Shown: positions 38,384 through 48,109 of the stretch, in pieces
How positions within the stretch are numbered: position 1 is the stretch's first letter
Layout of the letters: every line of letters starts with the position of its first letter
NCBI GenBank assembly: GCA_023657465.1
Contig: JAGTJX010000003.1
Coordinates: 311,889-375,888 of the forward strand
Source of the DNA: Lysobacteraceae bacterium
Lineage (GTDB): Bacteria > Bdellovibrionota > UBA1018 > JAGTJX01
Direction of reading: 5' to 3'
Length of the DNA stretch: 64,000 nt
Made by a program: the position numbers and the translations under genes
The notes under the pieces: model-generated
Told to the model about the DNA's origin: nothing
Databases searched by the model: none
The model's input: the letters and a program-made list of their open reading frames with translations, nothing else

Positions 38384-39343
38384 ATGACGATAGCTAGGAA
38401 AAAAATGAAGATTCTTTGGGCACTGGATCCATTCGATGATCTAGATGAAATTTACACAAAGTCCTTCCAGGCATTAAATAGTCTTTCAAACTATGTGCAG
38501 CTTGAAGTTGATCCTGTGTATTTATTAAGCCCTCTTCAATTAAACATCGATTTTAATCTTACGACTGTAAATTCCGAAGTCTATATTTCTGCTGCCAAGA
38601 AGGCTTTGGAAAAAAAATTAGAAGGAATTCCCTTGTCAGAATTGAATGATCCAAAAGTGCTAGTGAATAGCTCATCTCGCTTAAGGCAAGTCGTTCAGGA
38701 ACTAGCTGACCAAGCTCTTTCTAGAGAATACGATATGATTCTTGTTGGATCACATGGAAGAAAAGGACTGAATCGTATGATGATGGGGAGTTTTGCTGAA
38801 CAACTCCTGCTTCAATCAAAAGTACCTGTATTCATCATTGGAAATGAAACAGAGAAATTGAACACTCGTTGGAATCAGAAGCCCATTCATATTCTGATTG
38901 CAAACGATCTATCTAATCCAAGCTCGTCATTCTTTAGTAAAGCACTAGGGTTAGCTCAATCACTTGAGGCAAAAATTACGCTATTAAGAGCAGTAACTCG
39001 ACCAGCAGAAATGGTTTTACAATCTGGTGTTTATTTACTTTCTGGTGGCTTTATTCCAACACCAATTTTTATGCGCCAAGAAGATGAACGCCTAAAGAAT
39101 GCGGCCAATATCATTCTTCACGAAGCTGAAAAACAACACATACAAACAGAAATGATCTTGGATAATAATGCTCAATCCGTTGTGCAATCCATTTTGAGTC
39201 ATGCAAAGGAAAGCAATGCTTCGTTCATCGTTATGGCTGCAGAAAGTGGGCAAGTTGCATCAACACTTCTTGGAAGCATCACAAGGCAAGTTGTTAGACT
39301 AGCCCCATGTCCAGTGCTAGTTTATCGAGTCGACAAAAAATAG
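38384..39343 (+). CDS. tandem-domain universal stress protein (UspA x2)
   Basis: ILVGSHGRKGLNRMMMGSFAEQLL and SITRQVVRLAPCPVLVY ATP-binding-type Usp motifs in each half. Confidence 0.8.
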   Translation: MTIARKKMKILWALDPFDDLDEIYTKSFQALNSLSNYVQLEVDPVYLLSPLQLNIDFNLTTVNSEVYISAAKKALEKKLEGIPLSELNDPKVLVNSSSRLRQVVQELADQALSREYDMILVGSHGRKGLNRMMMGSFAEQLLLQSKVPVFIIGNETEKLNTRWNQKPIHILIANDLSNPSSSFFSKALGLAQSLEAKITLLRAVTRPAEMVLQSGVYLLSGGFIPTPIFMRQEDERLKNAANIILHEAEKQHIQTEMILDNNAQSVVQSILSHAKESNASFIVMAAESGQVASTLLGSITRQVVRLAPCPVLVYRVDKK

Positions 39344-39349
39344 CCCTAT

Positions 39350-40474
39350 TCATTTAGGAAGGGTGATTACAAATCGAGTATTGGGTGAAGCCTGATCTAG
39401 ATAAATTTGGCCGTTATGTTTTTCAATGATTGTTCTGGAAATACTTAATCCCAAACCCGAACCCTTTCCAGCGGGCTTTGTTGTAAAAAAAGGAAGGAGA
39501 ATTTTTTCAGCGATTTCCTGCGGGATGCCTTTTCCGCTGTCAGTTACAGCTATCACTATGCATGAGTCCTGATCTAATACTTGGATTTTAATCCATTTTT
39601 CAGAAAATCCTACAATAGCGTCTCTAGCATTGCCGACTAAATTCACCAGAATTTGACTGATCTGAGTTTCTTGGCAATTGACTTCGATCCGGTCATCAAC
39701 CTCAGAGACATCTACGAGAATATTGTTCTTCTGGAGACCTTCATTTGCAAAACTTAAAACATCTTTCACTAAAAGACCTACTGACACTTTTTGAAAAGGA
39801 TCATGAGTGCCATCTCGCGACAATGCTCGCATTCCACGAATGATCCGAGTCATTCGCTCGGTCAGCTCTTTTACTGTCCCAATACTTCTCAAAATTTCTT
39901 CAGACGTGGACTTTCCTGATAAAATTTGCATTTCAAGAAACTCCATCCTGCCGCTGATTGCAGCTAATGGATTTCCTAACTCATGTGCGGTGCCTGCCGC
40001 TAATTCACCCAAGCTCGCCATTTTCTCAGCATGCAACAGAGCTACGCGCTGATCTTGCGCCTGTTCTTCTATCTGTTTTAGTTCGGTAATATCCGTTCGA
40101 ATCGCAACATACTGAATAGGCTTTCCTGATGAATCCATAAAAGGAACAATCGTGGTAAAGACCCAATAGAAGGTTCCATCTTTAGCTTTATTCTTGAGCT
40201 CACCTTTCCATACTTTTCCTGCAGAAATTGTTCTCCAAAGATTGCTAAAAAACTCTTTATGATGATGAGCTGAATTGATTAGACGATGAGTTTTTCCAAT
40301 CAACTCCTCTCTCGAATATTTTGAAATCTCGCAAAATTTGTCATTCACATACGTGATGACTCCATTTGCGTCTGTAAAAACGATGATGGAGGATTGATCC
40401 AAAGCACGACGTAACTCGTCCGCATCTTTTTCGCTTCTGATTAGTCGTTCTTCGACGCTCATTTGCTTACCCAT
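39350..40474 (-). CDS. cytoplasmic PAS-domain sensor histidine kinase
   Basis: PAS (FTDANGVITYVNDKF), H-box LGELAAGTAHELGNPL, and HATPase motifs (NLVGNARDA, DSGKGIP, GSGLGLSIS). Confidence 0.85.
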   Translation of the reverse strand: MGKQMSVEERLIRSEKDADELRRALDQSSIIVFTDANGVITYVNDKFCEISKYSREELIGKTHRLINSAHHHKEFFSNLWRTISAGKVWKGELKNKAKDGTFYWVFTTIVPFMDSSGKPIQYVAIRTDITELKQIEEQAQDQRVALLHAEKMASLGELAAGTAHELGNPLAAISGRMEFLEMQILSGKSTSEEILRSIGTVKELTERMTRIIRGMRALSRDGTHDPFQKVSVGLLVKDVLSFANEGLQKNNILVDVSEVDDRIEVNCQETQISQILVNLVGNARDAIVGFSEKWIKIQVLDQDSCIVIAVTDSGKGIPQEIAEKILLPFFTTKPAGKGSGLGLSISRTIIEKHNGQIYLDQASPNTRFVITLPK

Positions 40475-40653
40475 ACTGGTGTTGACAACTTATTGATTTT
40501 GGCAACCCCAGTCAATTTAATTAAAAATGTATTGTATGGTCGCTCGATTAAGATTTCGAATCCATACGTTTCCTGTGTATTGCACCCAGTAATAAGCAAG
40601 GCTCGCTATGAAGAGCACACCTATCAGAATAGGGAACACTCTCGATTTCACCT

Positions 40654-42009
40654 TCATATTTCAAACTCCTGTTCTTGCGCAGGGATGACACTCTCCCAGC
40701 CCAATTCATCTTTCATTTTTACTCTGAGTGCATCGGAAGACTGAGGTTCTCCATGATTGATAAAGGTTTGTCTTGGTGCTGCTTTGAAACCTCTCAACCA
40801 ATTCAGGGTTTCTGCTTGGTCGGCATGAGCAGATAAACCTGATATTTCCAGAACACTCGCTCGAACAGGAATGTATCTACCGTGTATTTTCAGTTCCGAG
40901 ATACCATCTTTCAGTAAACGTCCTCTTGTACCTGCGGCTTGATAACCAACTAGTAGAACGGAGTTTTTAGGGTCGGGTAAATGTGCCGCCAGATGGTGCA
41001 ACACTCTTCCACCCGATATCATTCCACTTCCTGCAATCACGATAGAAGATTCTTCAGACCTCATCACGTCAATAGATTGTTTTTGACTTTGAACAACAGT
41101 TACAACATCCCACATTGCTTTCATCTGCGTTCTATCCAAAGTATGCCAATTGGGATGGGACTCAAATATCTCAGTCGCTCGTATTCCCATCGGAGTATCT
41201 AAATAAATTGGAATTCCTGGGAGCTGACTTCTCGATTTAAGGAGAGAAAATAAAAAAAGTAAATCTTGTGCTCTGCCTACTGCAAAACTAGGAATAATGA
41301 GTTTCCCCTTTTTTGAATGGACATCAAAAACTATTTTAGAAAGCTCTGTGAGAGGATCAGAGGGATGATGAGTTCTATCTCCATATGTAGATTCCAACAC
41401 TAAATAGTCAGCCTTCTCAATTCTCTCGGCTTGAGGGTAAAGAAGAGGTCTTTCACGACCGAGATCTCCTGAAAATACGAGCAATTTTTTTTCAATTTCC
41501 AGTTCAATAAAGGTCGATCCTAGGATATGCCCACTCGGAGTTAACCTAAATTGAGCTCCTCCAGGAAGCTTCTCCCACCGATTGACACCCGTAGTATCAA
41601 AACGCTTGAGGGCTTCCTTCACGTCCTTTTGCGAATAAAGAGGATTAGCGGGATGGTGTTTACTGTAGCCTTTTTCATTAGCAAAATCGGCATCTTCTTC
41701 CTGTAGCTTGGCACTGTCCAAGAGGATAATTTCGGCAAGATCACGTGTTGCTGAGCTACAAAAAATACTTCCGCGAAATCCTTGCTTTACTAACAAAGGA
41801 ATGTAGCCAGAGTGATCCAAATGAGCATGGGTCAATAAAATGGAATCTATTTCTCTGGGATCAGCTGGAAAACGCTTCCAGTTGTTTAACCGTAGAGACT
41901 TGACTCCTTGAAACAACCCACAATCCACCAAGAGGCGGTGTTTACCATATGTAACTAAAGTCTTTGAACCCGTTACAGTTTGAACACCGCCTAAGAATTG
42001 AATCTTCAT
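40654..42009 (-). CDS. MBL-fold beta-CASP metallo-hydrolase (RNA/DNA-processing nuclease family)
   Basis: HAHLDHSGYIP (HxHxDH) motif and a beta-CASP-type C-terminal half; 451 aa. Confidence 0.7.
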   Translation of the reverse strand: MKIQFLGGVQTVTGSKTLVTYGKHRLLVDCGLFQGVKSLRLNNWKRFPADPREIDSILLTHAHLDHSGYIPLLVKQGFRGSIFCSSATRDLAEIILLDSAKLQEEDADFANEKGYSKHHPANPLYSQKDVKEALKRFDTTGVNRWEKLPGGAQFRLTPSGHILGSTFIELEIEKKLLVFSGDLGRERPLLYPQAERIEKADYLVLESTYGDRTHHPSDPLTELSKIVFDVHSKKGKLIIPSFAVGRAQDLLFLFSLLKSRSQLPGIPIYLDTPMGIRATEIFESHPNWHTLDRTQMKAMWDVVTVVQSQKQSIDVMRSEESSIVIAGSGMISGGRVLHHLAAHLPDPKNSVLLVGYQAAGTRGRLLKDGISELKIHGRYIPVRASVLEISGLSAHADQAETLNWLRGFKAAPRQTFINHGEPQSSDALRVKMKDELGWESVIPAQEQEFEI

Positions 42010-42986
42010 TGTTGCACTTGCTGTATTTTTTCTTCAGTTATTTGAGTTCTTTTTTCCTGATGTTCTGAATCAGGATGGATCACCCAAACAGGTTGTTCTG
42101 AATAACGAATCACCTGACGAGCCGTGCTTCCTATGATGACAGAGGAAACAGCACCACTATGAGAAACCATTGCAATCATGCTACTCAATCGTTTGGAACA
42201 CTTAAGGATCGCTTGAGCGACTGAAGTTCTTTTTGAGCGATCAAAAATGATGCCCATATGAATTCCTCGCATTTTTGCTATTTCTACATATTGCTTTGCA
42301 GATTGCTTAGCTCCTTCCAATTGCTCCTTCATGATTCTGTCGTAATAAGCATAAGTACTCAAAGGAACATCAAACACGGGATAACCCGCAAAGCCTTCTT
42401 TGTAGAATAAAACAATTTTGCTTTTATTCTCGGCAGCAAAACGAAGAACCTTTGCAAAAGCTTCGCTTGATCCTTGCGAAAAATCTGTTGGAAAAAGGAT
42501 TGTCTTAAATTCGAGTGTTCTATGCCAAGTGGGATGAACAATCATCAAAGGAACGTCTGAATATAAGCTGAGTGTTTCAGCAAAACTTCCCAAAAGCCAG
42601 CGTCGCAACCCTTTACGACCATGACTTGATACAACGATCAGTCCTGCGCCAATTTTTTTTGCGTATGCAATCAAAGCGTGTCCTTGATCACGTGCCGATG
42701 CGGATTTTGCAGAAACAACATGAAATGGTTGAATCCCAGGAATCACAACTCTTCTTAAGGTTCCTTCTAGCCTTTCTGCGCCTTCGTTTTTAATCCTACC
42801 TAAATAGCCAGGGTCTTCCTGAGAGAGGAGATCCAAAGACGATCTTGAGTTAATATAAACAGGCTTAACCCATTTTGAACCGTTCTTTACAATTCCACGC
42901 AAGCACCAAGCTGCTGATTTCAACACATCTTCGTCACTAGAAAATGGATCGACTGCCCAAATAATTTTTTTATTTTCATTTTTCAT
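42006..42986 (-). CDS. tandem-domain universal stress protein
   Basis: IVVSSHGRKGLRRWLLGSFAETLSLYSDVPLMIVH and a second Usp-like half. Confidence 0.8.
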   Translation of the reverse strand: MKNENKKIIWAVDPFSSDEDVLKSAAWCLRGIVKNGSKWVKPVYINSRSSLDLLSQEDPGYLGRIKNEGAERLEGTLRRVVIPGIQPFHVVSAKSASARDQGHALIAYAKKIGAGLIVVSSHGRKGLRRWLLGSFAETLSLYSDVPLMIVHPTWHRTLEFKTILFPTDFSQGSSEAFAKVLRFAAENKSKIVLFYKEGFAGYPVFDVPLSTYAYYDRIMKEQLEGAKQSAKQYVEIAKMRGIHMGIIFDRSKRTSVAQAILKCSKRLSSMIAMVSHSGAVSSVIIGSTARQVIRYSEQPVWVIHPDSEHQEKRTQITEEKIQQVQQ

Positions 42987-42987
42987 A

Positions 42988-43428
42988 TCAAGCTACCTTT
43001 TCAATTAATTCTGTTTTTATTTCTTTCACTAACGCTTGCTTAATCGAACTGTGTAACTCTTTTCTCAGCACACCTAAAAAATGAGGACTGGCAACAATCG
43101 TTACTTTGTTACAAAGTCCTTTTTGATGAGAAAGATAAAGAACTTCAGCGATTTTTCTCGCAAACTTTCGAGAGTAATGCCCTAGTTTTGCATCCTGACT
43201 CCCTACAGCGTAGTGTAGAGTACGAGAGCCATCCATTCGTCCTTCATGTTTACGTCCGTAGTTATTAGTCAAACGTAGAATATATTGAAAATCCTTGTGA
43301 TTTGATTTTGATTCATAAAATACAGCATCTGCTTGATTTGCTAAAATGTACCATCGTGAATTCTTCATGACTGAGACCTTTCTCTTTTGTAGGACTGAAT
43401 CGAAAGAGGATTGAGGGGGGGAACTCAA
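42988..43428 (-). CDS. host-attachment-family (PF10116-like) protein
   Basis: RWYILANQADAVFYE...KVTIVASPHFLGVLRKELHSSIKQALVKEIKTELIE matches the family core (LvvvAaP..LG.LR......E..Kdlt). Confidence 0.45.
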   Translation of the reverse strand: MSSPPQSSFDSVLQKRKVSVMKNSRWYILANQADAVFYESKSNHKDFQYILRLTNNYGRKHEGRMDGSRTLHYAVGSQDAKLGHYSRKFARKIAEVLYLSHQKGLCNKVTIVASPHFLGVLRKELHSSIKQALVKEIKTELIEKVA

Positions 43429-43450
43429 TCCTCTTTCGAGCCATATCGTC

Positions 43451-43966
43451 CTAGTTGATTTTTTTTGTCTCTTTAGACGTCTTGCCTAGAACCTTTTCAA
43501 CTAAAGTTCCTGCTGATTTTGCAATCTTGACGCTCTCTGCTTGTGCTTCTTCCAATTTAGGAAATGCAATTCGCAAAACACCGTCTTGATATTCAGCTTC
43601 GACTTGAGAAGCTTTCAGAGCCAAAGGAACACTAAAGCTACGGTAGAAAGACCTGTAGTTTTGTTTTTCTTTTAATTCAGCTTTGACTGCTAGCAATCCA
43701 TTCCCAACCTGAAGATTGATATCTTCGATTTTCATTCCAGGAACATCCATAGCGAGCAGATAGTGTGTTTTGCCTTCTGTGATTTCACAGGATGGTTCAA
43801 AAGCGACTCTCTCTCCCAACCAGTTATTGTCGAGATCAGCAAAGGCCGCAGCAGTTTCCATAATTTGGTTGATTTGGCGTTGAATTCCAGACACTCCCCA
43901 AAATGGGTTATGAAAAGTTGTTGCTGGTTTCACACTCTTACGATTTGTTTCAGTTAAGTTGTTCAT
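43451..43966 (-). CDS. Hsp20/alpha-crystallin family small heat-shock protein
   Basis: Alpha-crystallin domain YLLAMDVPGMKIEDINLQV...DGVLRIAFPK. Start at MNNLTETN with RBS AAGGAG. The track's longer N-terminal extension was rejected because it overlaps the sigma-54 promoter. Confidence 0.85.
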   Translation of the reverse strand: MNNLTETNRKSVKPATTFHNPFWGVSGIQRQINQIMETAAAFADLDNNWLGERVAFEPSCEITEGKTHYLLAMDVPGMKIEDINLQVGNGLLAVKAELKEKQNYRSFYRSFSVPLALKASQVEAEYQDGVLRIAFPKLEEAQAESVKIAKSAGTLVEKVLGKTSKETKKIN

Positions 43967-44013
43967 TTTTTTATCTCCTTGTTTGTTTTTTTGTTTGCGT
44001 ACACCTTTAACTA

Positions 44014-44029
44014 AGCAAAGGACCTGCCA
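44014..44029 (-). promoter_or_regulatory. sigma-54 -24/-12 promoter (TGGCAG-GTCCT-TTGCT) for the hsp20/host-attachment/usp/MBL operon
   Basis: The minus-strand sequence TGGCAGGTCCTTTGCT lies ~50 nt upstream of the hsp20 ATG. Confidence 0.55.
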
Positions 44030-44102
44030 AAGTGCCAAGTTTTGTAATGCCTTGATATTTTTAGATTTTTTTATAACGCATCTCATTAATAAGAAAATCA
44101 TT

Positions 44103-44121
44103 TTGAGCAAAAATTGCTCAA
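44103..44121. promoter_or_regulatory. perfect palindrome TTGAGCAA-AAA-TTGCTCAA in divergent promoter region
   Basis: 8-bp arms with a 3-nt spacer, between the hsp20 operon (minus strand) and 44179..45021 (plus strand). Confidence 0.4.
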
Positions 44122-44178
44122 AAGTTATTCGATTCGTCTCATGAAGTGATAAAAGTAAAAAATTGAAACGATTGATAC

Positions 44179-45021
44179 ATGACTAAAAAATGGCTTAAGC
44201 CAGGATTGATTTTGATTGGGATTTTCATGCTCGCTTGGTTTTTACCGAGTGCCTCTGTCGACCCATGGAACATCTTGAATCCAAAAAAGATCATTATTCT
44301 CATTTTTGCTCTCGCCTTCATTCAGGTGATGGGATCTGTCATGATCCAATTTTTGGGTGCTCATGCAGGCAGCGTTTTTCTGGGATTTTTTGGTGGACTG
44401 ATCTCAAGCACGGCCACGACTTCAGAAGTAGCGCGGCTGAGTAAAGTCTCACAAAAAACAGACCCACGAGGAGAAACTCTCATTTTCCTTTCATCCACGT
44501 TTGCAATGCTCTGTGAGGGAATAGCCATACTTTTTTTAGGATCAAAAGACACTCATCTTTCTCTACTGCTCATTTTCTTCGGACCTGTTTTGGTTACAGG
44601 AGCTATGATTTTTTATTTTTTTAGAGGTTTGACGATTGATCATTTACAAATGAAGGACTCTCAATTCTCCATTTTTCAGATCTTAAAGCTTTCCGCCTTT
44701 ATTATTCTTATTTTGGCGCTCTCAAAAATACTGCAATCATTTTTTGGACAAACAGGTTTTTTCGTTCTGACATTCATTGCTTCTCTATTTGAAATGCATG
44801 GGTCAGTAATCGCCAATATTCAACTACACGATGCGGGCAACTTCGGTGTAAAAGTTTTGGGTAATTTAGTAGCTGTTTCTTTATCAGCATCCTATCTCTC
44901 CAAACTGTTTTTAATATCAACCATGGGAAGTTCCACTCTAAAAAAGCAAGTGACCCAATGTATAGCCTTTTTGCTTTTTTCGCTGATGATCAGTTGGCTC
45001 GCTTTTTTTCTTTTTGCATGA
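44179..45021 (+). CDS. polytopic membrane protein (DUF4010-like)
   Basis: ~8 predicted TM helices in 280 aa. The family guess is weak. Confidence 0.35.
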   Translation: MTKKWLKPGLILIGIFMLAWFLPSASVDPWNILNPKKIIILIFALAFIQVMGSVMIQFLGAHAGSVFLGFFGGLISSTATTSEVARLSKVSQKTDPRGETLIFLSSTFAMLCEGIAILFLGSKDTHLSLLLIFFGPVLVTGAMIFYFFRGLTIDHLQMKDSQFSIFQILKLSAFIILILALSKILQSFFGQTGFFVLTFIASLFEMHGSVIANIQLHDAGNFGVKVLGNLVAVSLSASYLSKLFLISTMGSSTLKKQVTQCIAFLLFSLMISWLAFFLFA

Positions 45022-45173
45022 ACAAGCTGGGTCATAATGTCTGATAGCCGAGTTCTCTTAACCCTCTATTATCTCTTAGACTCTATATAATTGTCTCAAC
45101 TGCCACACCAGCGTACTCAGCAATGTGGCACTATTCATGCACTCTAAAACTTAACAAAGGTTGGAGAATTATT

Positions 45174-45563
45174 ATGGGTTTTAAAAAAATTTGCTTCTTA
45201 CTTTCAGCCAGTGTCCTTCTTATGAACCTGAGTGTTGCTGATGATGCTTATCAAAAAGCTTTTGAAGGAATGGGTGTAGCCATTAATCTTCATTATATTT
45301 TAGGTGATAAAAACGCGAAGCTATTTATTGCTGGAAATAAAGTTGCACAAGTGGGCTTAGGGAATGGTACAAAAGTCATTGAAATCAGTTCCATCGATCA
45401 GAATGGTAACCGTGAGTTGCTCCGCTTTTCTCCTCAGGCGGGCTACTACAAAGTAGAAACACTACCCAGCGTTCCTCCTCCTTACACTTTAGTGGTAAAA
45501 ACTAAAATCAAAAACAAAGAAGAGCACATCAAGATTAATGTGCAGCCCGGTGTAATCCATTGA
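45174..45563 (+). CDS. secreted hypothetical protein
   Basis: Signal peptide MGFKKICFLLSASVLLMNLSVA. The longer track ORF starting at 45123 was rejected. Confidence 0.45.
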   Translation: MGFKKICFLLSASVLLMNLSVADDAYQKAFEGMGVAINLHYILGDKNAKLFIAGNKVAQVGLGNGTKVIEISSIDQNGNRELLRFSPQAGYYKVETLPSVPPPYTLVVKTKIKNKEEHIKINVQPGVIH

Positions 45564-45598
45564 CTATTGTTGTCTTGAATTGAATAATAGAGCCTCAC

Positions 45599-46416
45599 TT
45601 GAAATACAAAAAAAGGGTAATTTTTTCTAGACACCCAAAAAACAAAACTCGCGTAGACTTAGACCCCAAAGGTACTACTCATCATGGTTTTTGGGGGCTC
45701 TATGAAATCGCTCTTAGAAGATTTAAGACTGTAGTTTATCTCCTCACGATTTTACCGCTTTATTTTCTTTGCAGTTTGCTCATGGGACTTTGTTTTATCC
45801 CTGGCGTGAAACTCTATCAATACATAGATGTGGCCACAACCACTTCATCAGAGTTCATGAGATATTTTTCACTAGGAACAGCGGTTGCTACTGGATTTTT
45901 TCTTTATGGTTTTAGTCTCGTTCTGGTTATTCCCACAACCAATTTTTTATTGAGAGCAAAACCCAAAGTGTTTCGTGGCCCTTACTACTCTATCGATTTT
46001 CTGCAATGGTATGTGCACAACGCTCTCACTTATCTCATGCGGTATACATTTTTGGAATTCATCACTCCCACACCCTTTAATCTACTTTTCTTTAGATTGA
46101 TGGGAATGAAAATTGGTCATGGAACTCAACTCAACACGAGTAATGTTTCTGATCCAGCGCTCATTGAAATCGGTGACCGTGTGACAGTCGGTGGATCAGT
46201 CACGCTTTGTGCTCATTACGGAATGGGAGGATTTCTTATTTTGGCTCCCGTACGTATTGGTAATAACGTCACTCTAGGACTCAAATCCTCCTCATGGGTG
46301 GAGTCATAATTGAAGACAATGCAAAAATTCTTCCTCACTCTGTCGTAATGCCCAAAACCAAAATCCTTATGGGTGAAACTTGGGGTGGTGTTCCAGCACG
46401 ATTATTGAAAGATTGA
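45599..46416 (+). pseudogene. membrane-anchored hexapeptide-repeat (LbH) acyltransferase, frame-disrupted near 46290-46310
   Basis: Hexapeptide repeats IEIGDRVTVGGSVTLCAH continue in the +1 frame as LMGGVIIEDNAKILPHSVVMPKTKILMGETWGGVPARLLKD after the listed stop at 46309. The N-terminus has two TM helices. Confidence 0.5.
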
Positions 46417-46439
46417 GCTGGAAAAAGCTGACTCGAGAT

Positions 46440-47207
46440 TTATTGAGCAACCCAACCACCATCTACTGCTAGAGGGTGTCCTGTTACAAATGATGAAGCA
46501 TCCGAACAAAGCCAGAGAACGGCCTGAGCAACTTCTTCAGGTTGACCTACTCTGCCAATGGGTTCGCCATCGGATAGTTGCTTTTGGATTTGAGCTTCGC
46601 CATGAGTCACTCGTTCAATCATGGCGGTTTGGATGACGCCTGGACAGACAGCGTTTACGCGAATCTTGGATTTTGCATACTCAAGAGCAGCAGTTTTTGT
46701 GAGGCCTATGACTCCATGTTTACTAGCTACATAAGCAGGAGATCCCTGAAAGCCAATGAGTCCAGCAACAGATGAGCAGTTGACGATGGATCCGCTACCT
46801 TGTTTGATCATTTGTGGAATCTGGTACTTCATGCAAAGCCAAACGCCTTTGAGATTAACATCAATCACTCGGTTCCAGTTTTCTTCTGTGGTATCAGCTG
46901 TGTATGCAGATTGTCCTTCGGTACCTGCATTATTAAATGCAAAATCGATTCGACCAAAAGTTTCGATGGTTTTGCCAATTGCACTTTTAACTTCAGAGTC
47001 CTTTGAAACATCACATTTTATCAAAAGAGAACGAACTCCCAACTCCTCGACCTTCCTTGCGGTTTGAGCCCCTTCATCGGTAAGTACATCAGCAATGACT
47101 ACAGAAGCTCCTTCCTTTGCGAAGGCGAGTGCAGTCGCTCTGCCGATCCCAGAAGATGCCCCAGTGATGAAAACAACTTTCCCTTTAAAATTATTCTGTA
47201 AACTCAT
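46440..47207 (-). CDS. SDR-family oxidoreductase (FabG-like 3-oxoacyl reductase family)
   Basis: [16 protein letters not shown] and [13 protein letters not shown] motifs. Confidence 0.85.
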   Translation of the reverse strand: MSLQNNFKGKVVFITGASSGIGRATALAFAKEGASVVIADVLTDEGAQTARKVEELGVRSLLIKCDVSKDSEVKSAIGKTIETFGRIDFAFNNAGTEGQSAYTADTTEENWNRVIDVNLKGVWLCMKYQIPQMIKQGSGSIVNCSSVAGLIGFQGSPAYVASKHGVIGLTKTAALEYAKSKIRVNAVCPGVIQTAMIERVTHGEAQIQKQLSDGEPIGRVGQPEEVAQAVLWLCSDASSFVTGHPLAVDGGWVAQ

Positions 47208-47455
47208 TTATATTTTTTCTCTCTCTTTCAAGACTAGTTCCTGCACGAAGAGTGCCAGCGCTCATCTTGCTGCTTATTTGTTTAGAGCTCTTATTTTGAA
47301 ATGATTTGAGACAAATCTACTCAACGATCTAACCATACGGTTCATTTAAAAATGGAAGGTAGGTTCAATTACATCCTGCTATAGTTGAGAGCAATTCATC
47401 ATTGGCACACTATCTGCACTCTCTATTTATGAAAACAATCAAGAAGGAAAAATTT

Positions 47456-48109
47456 ATGAAAACTGATTCTCAAATTCAAACAGATGTTATGCAAGAGCTC
47501 AAATGGGATCCACGTGTGACGCACGAACATATTGGTGTTTCGGTTCAAAATCACATTGTTACCTTAGGAGGTAGTGTTCCTAGTTTTGTAGAGAAAAATG
47601 CAGCTGAACGTGCCGCTCAACGAGTGGAAGGAGCGACAGCAGTTGTAGAAAAAATTGAAGTGAAACCTGTCCACTCTTATGTGAGAGATGACCAGGATAT
47701 TGCGAGCTCCATCTCAAGTGTGTTCAAGTGGAACATTCAAATTCCTGGAGAGCAGATTAAAGTTTCTGTGGCCAAAGGCTGGGTAGCTCTGAGAGGTGAA
47801 GTGGATTGGGGATTCCAAAAGAACGCAGCCGAAAAAGCTGTGCGAGCTCTAATAGGCGTGAACGGATTGTTCAACCATATTATTGTTAAATCGCGAGTAC
47901 AAAGTGCAGACATCAAACAAAACATTGAAGATGCTTTTCGACGTGCGGGTGAGCGTGAGGCAAAGAATATTAATGTATCTATTTTGAATGGCCATGTAAC
48001 TTTGAGTGGAAAAGTGCATTCACTTTCTGACTTACGTGAAGCCAAGATTGCCGCTTGGTGTGCGCCTGGTGTAACTGAGGTCGAAGATCACCTCGTGGTC
48101 ACAGCGTAA
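47456..48109 (+). CDS. BON-domain protein (OsmY-like, two BON domains)
   Basis: Repeated V.V.NG.VTLGG.V......AE pattern twice. Start at MKTDSQ with RBS AAGGA. Confidence 0.7.
   Translation: MKTDSQIQTDVMQELKWDPRVTHEHIGVSVQNHIVTLGGSVPSFVEKNAAERAAQRVEGATAVVEKIEVKPVHSYVRDDQDIASSISSVFKWNIQIPGEQIKVSVAKGWVALRGEVDWGFQKNAAEKAVRALIGVNGLFNHIIVKSRVQSADIKQNIEDAFRRAGEREAKNINVSILNGHVTLSGKVHSLSDLREAKIAAWCAPGVTEVEDHLVVTA

Noticed and set aside
43967-44110. 48-aa N-terminal extension of the Hsp20 ORF in the track
   Set aside because: The extension overlaps the sigma-54 promoter. The internal ATG at 43966 has an AAGGAG RBS, and Hsp20 proteins are ~150-170 aa.
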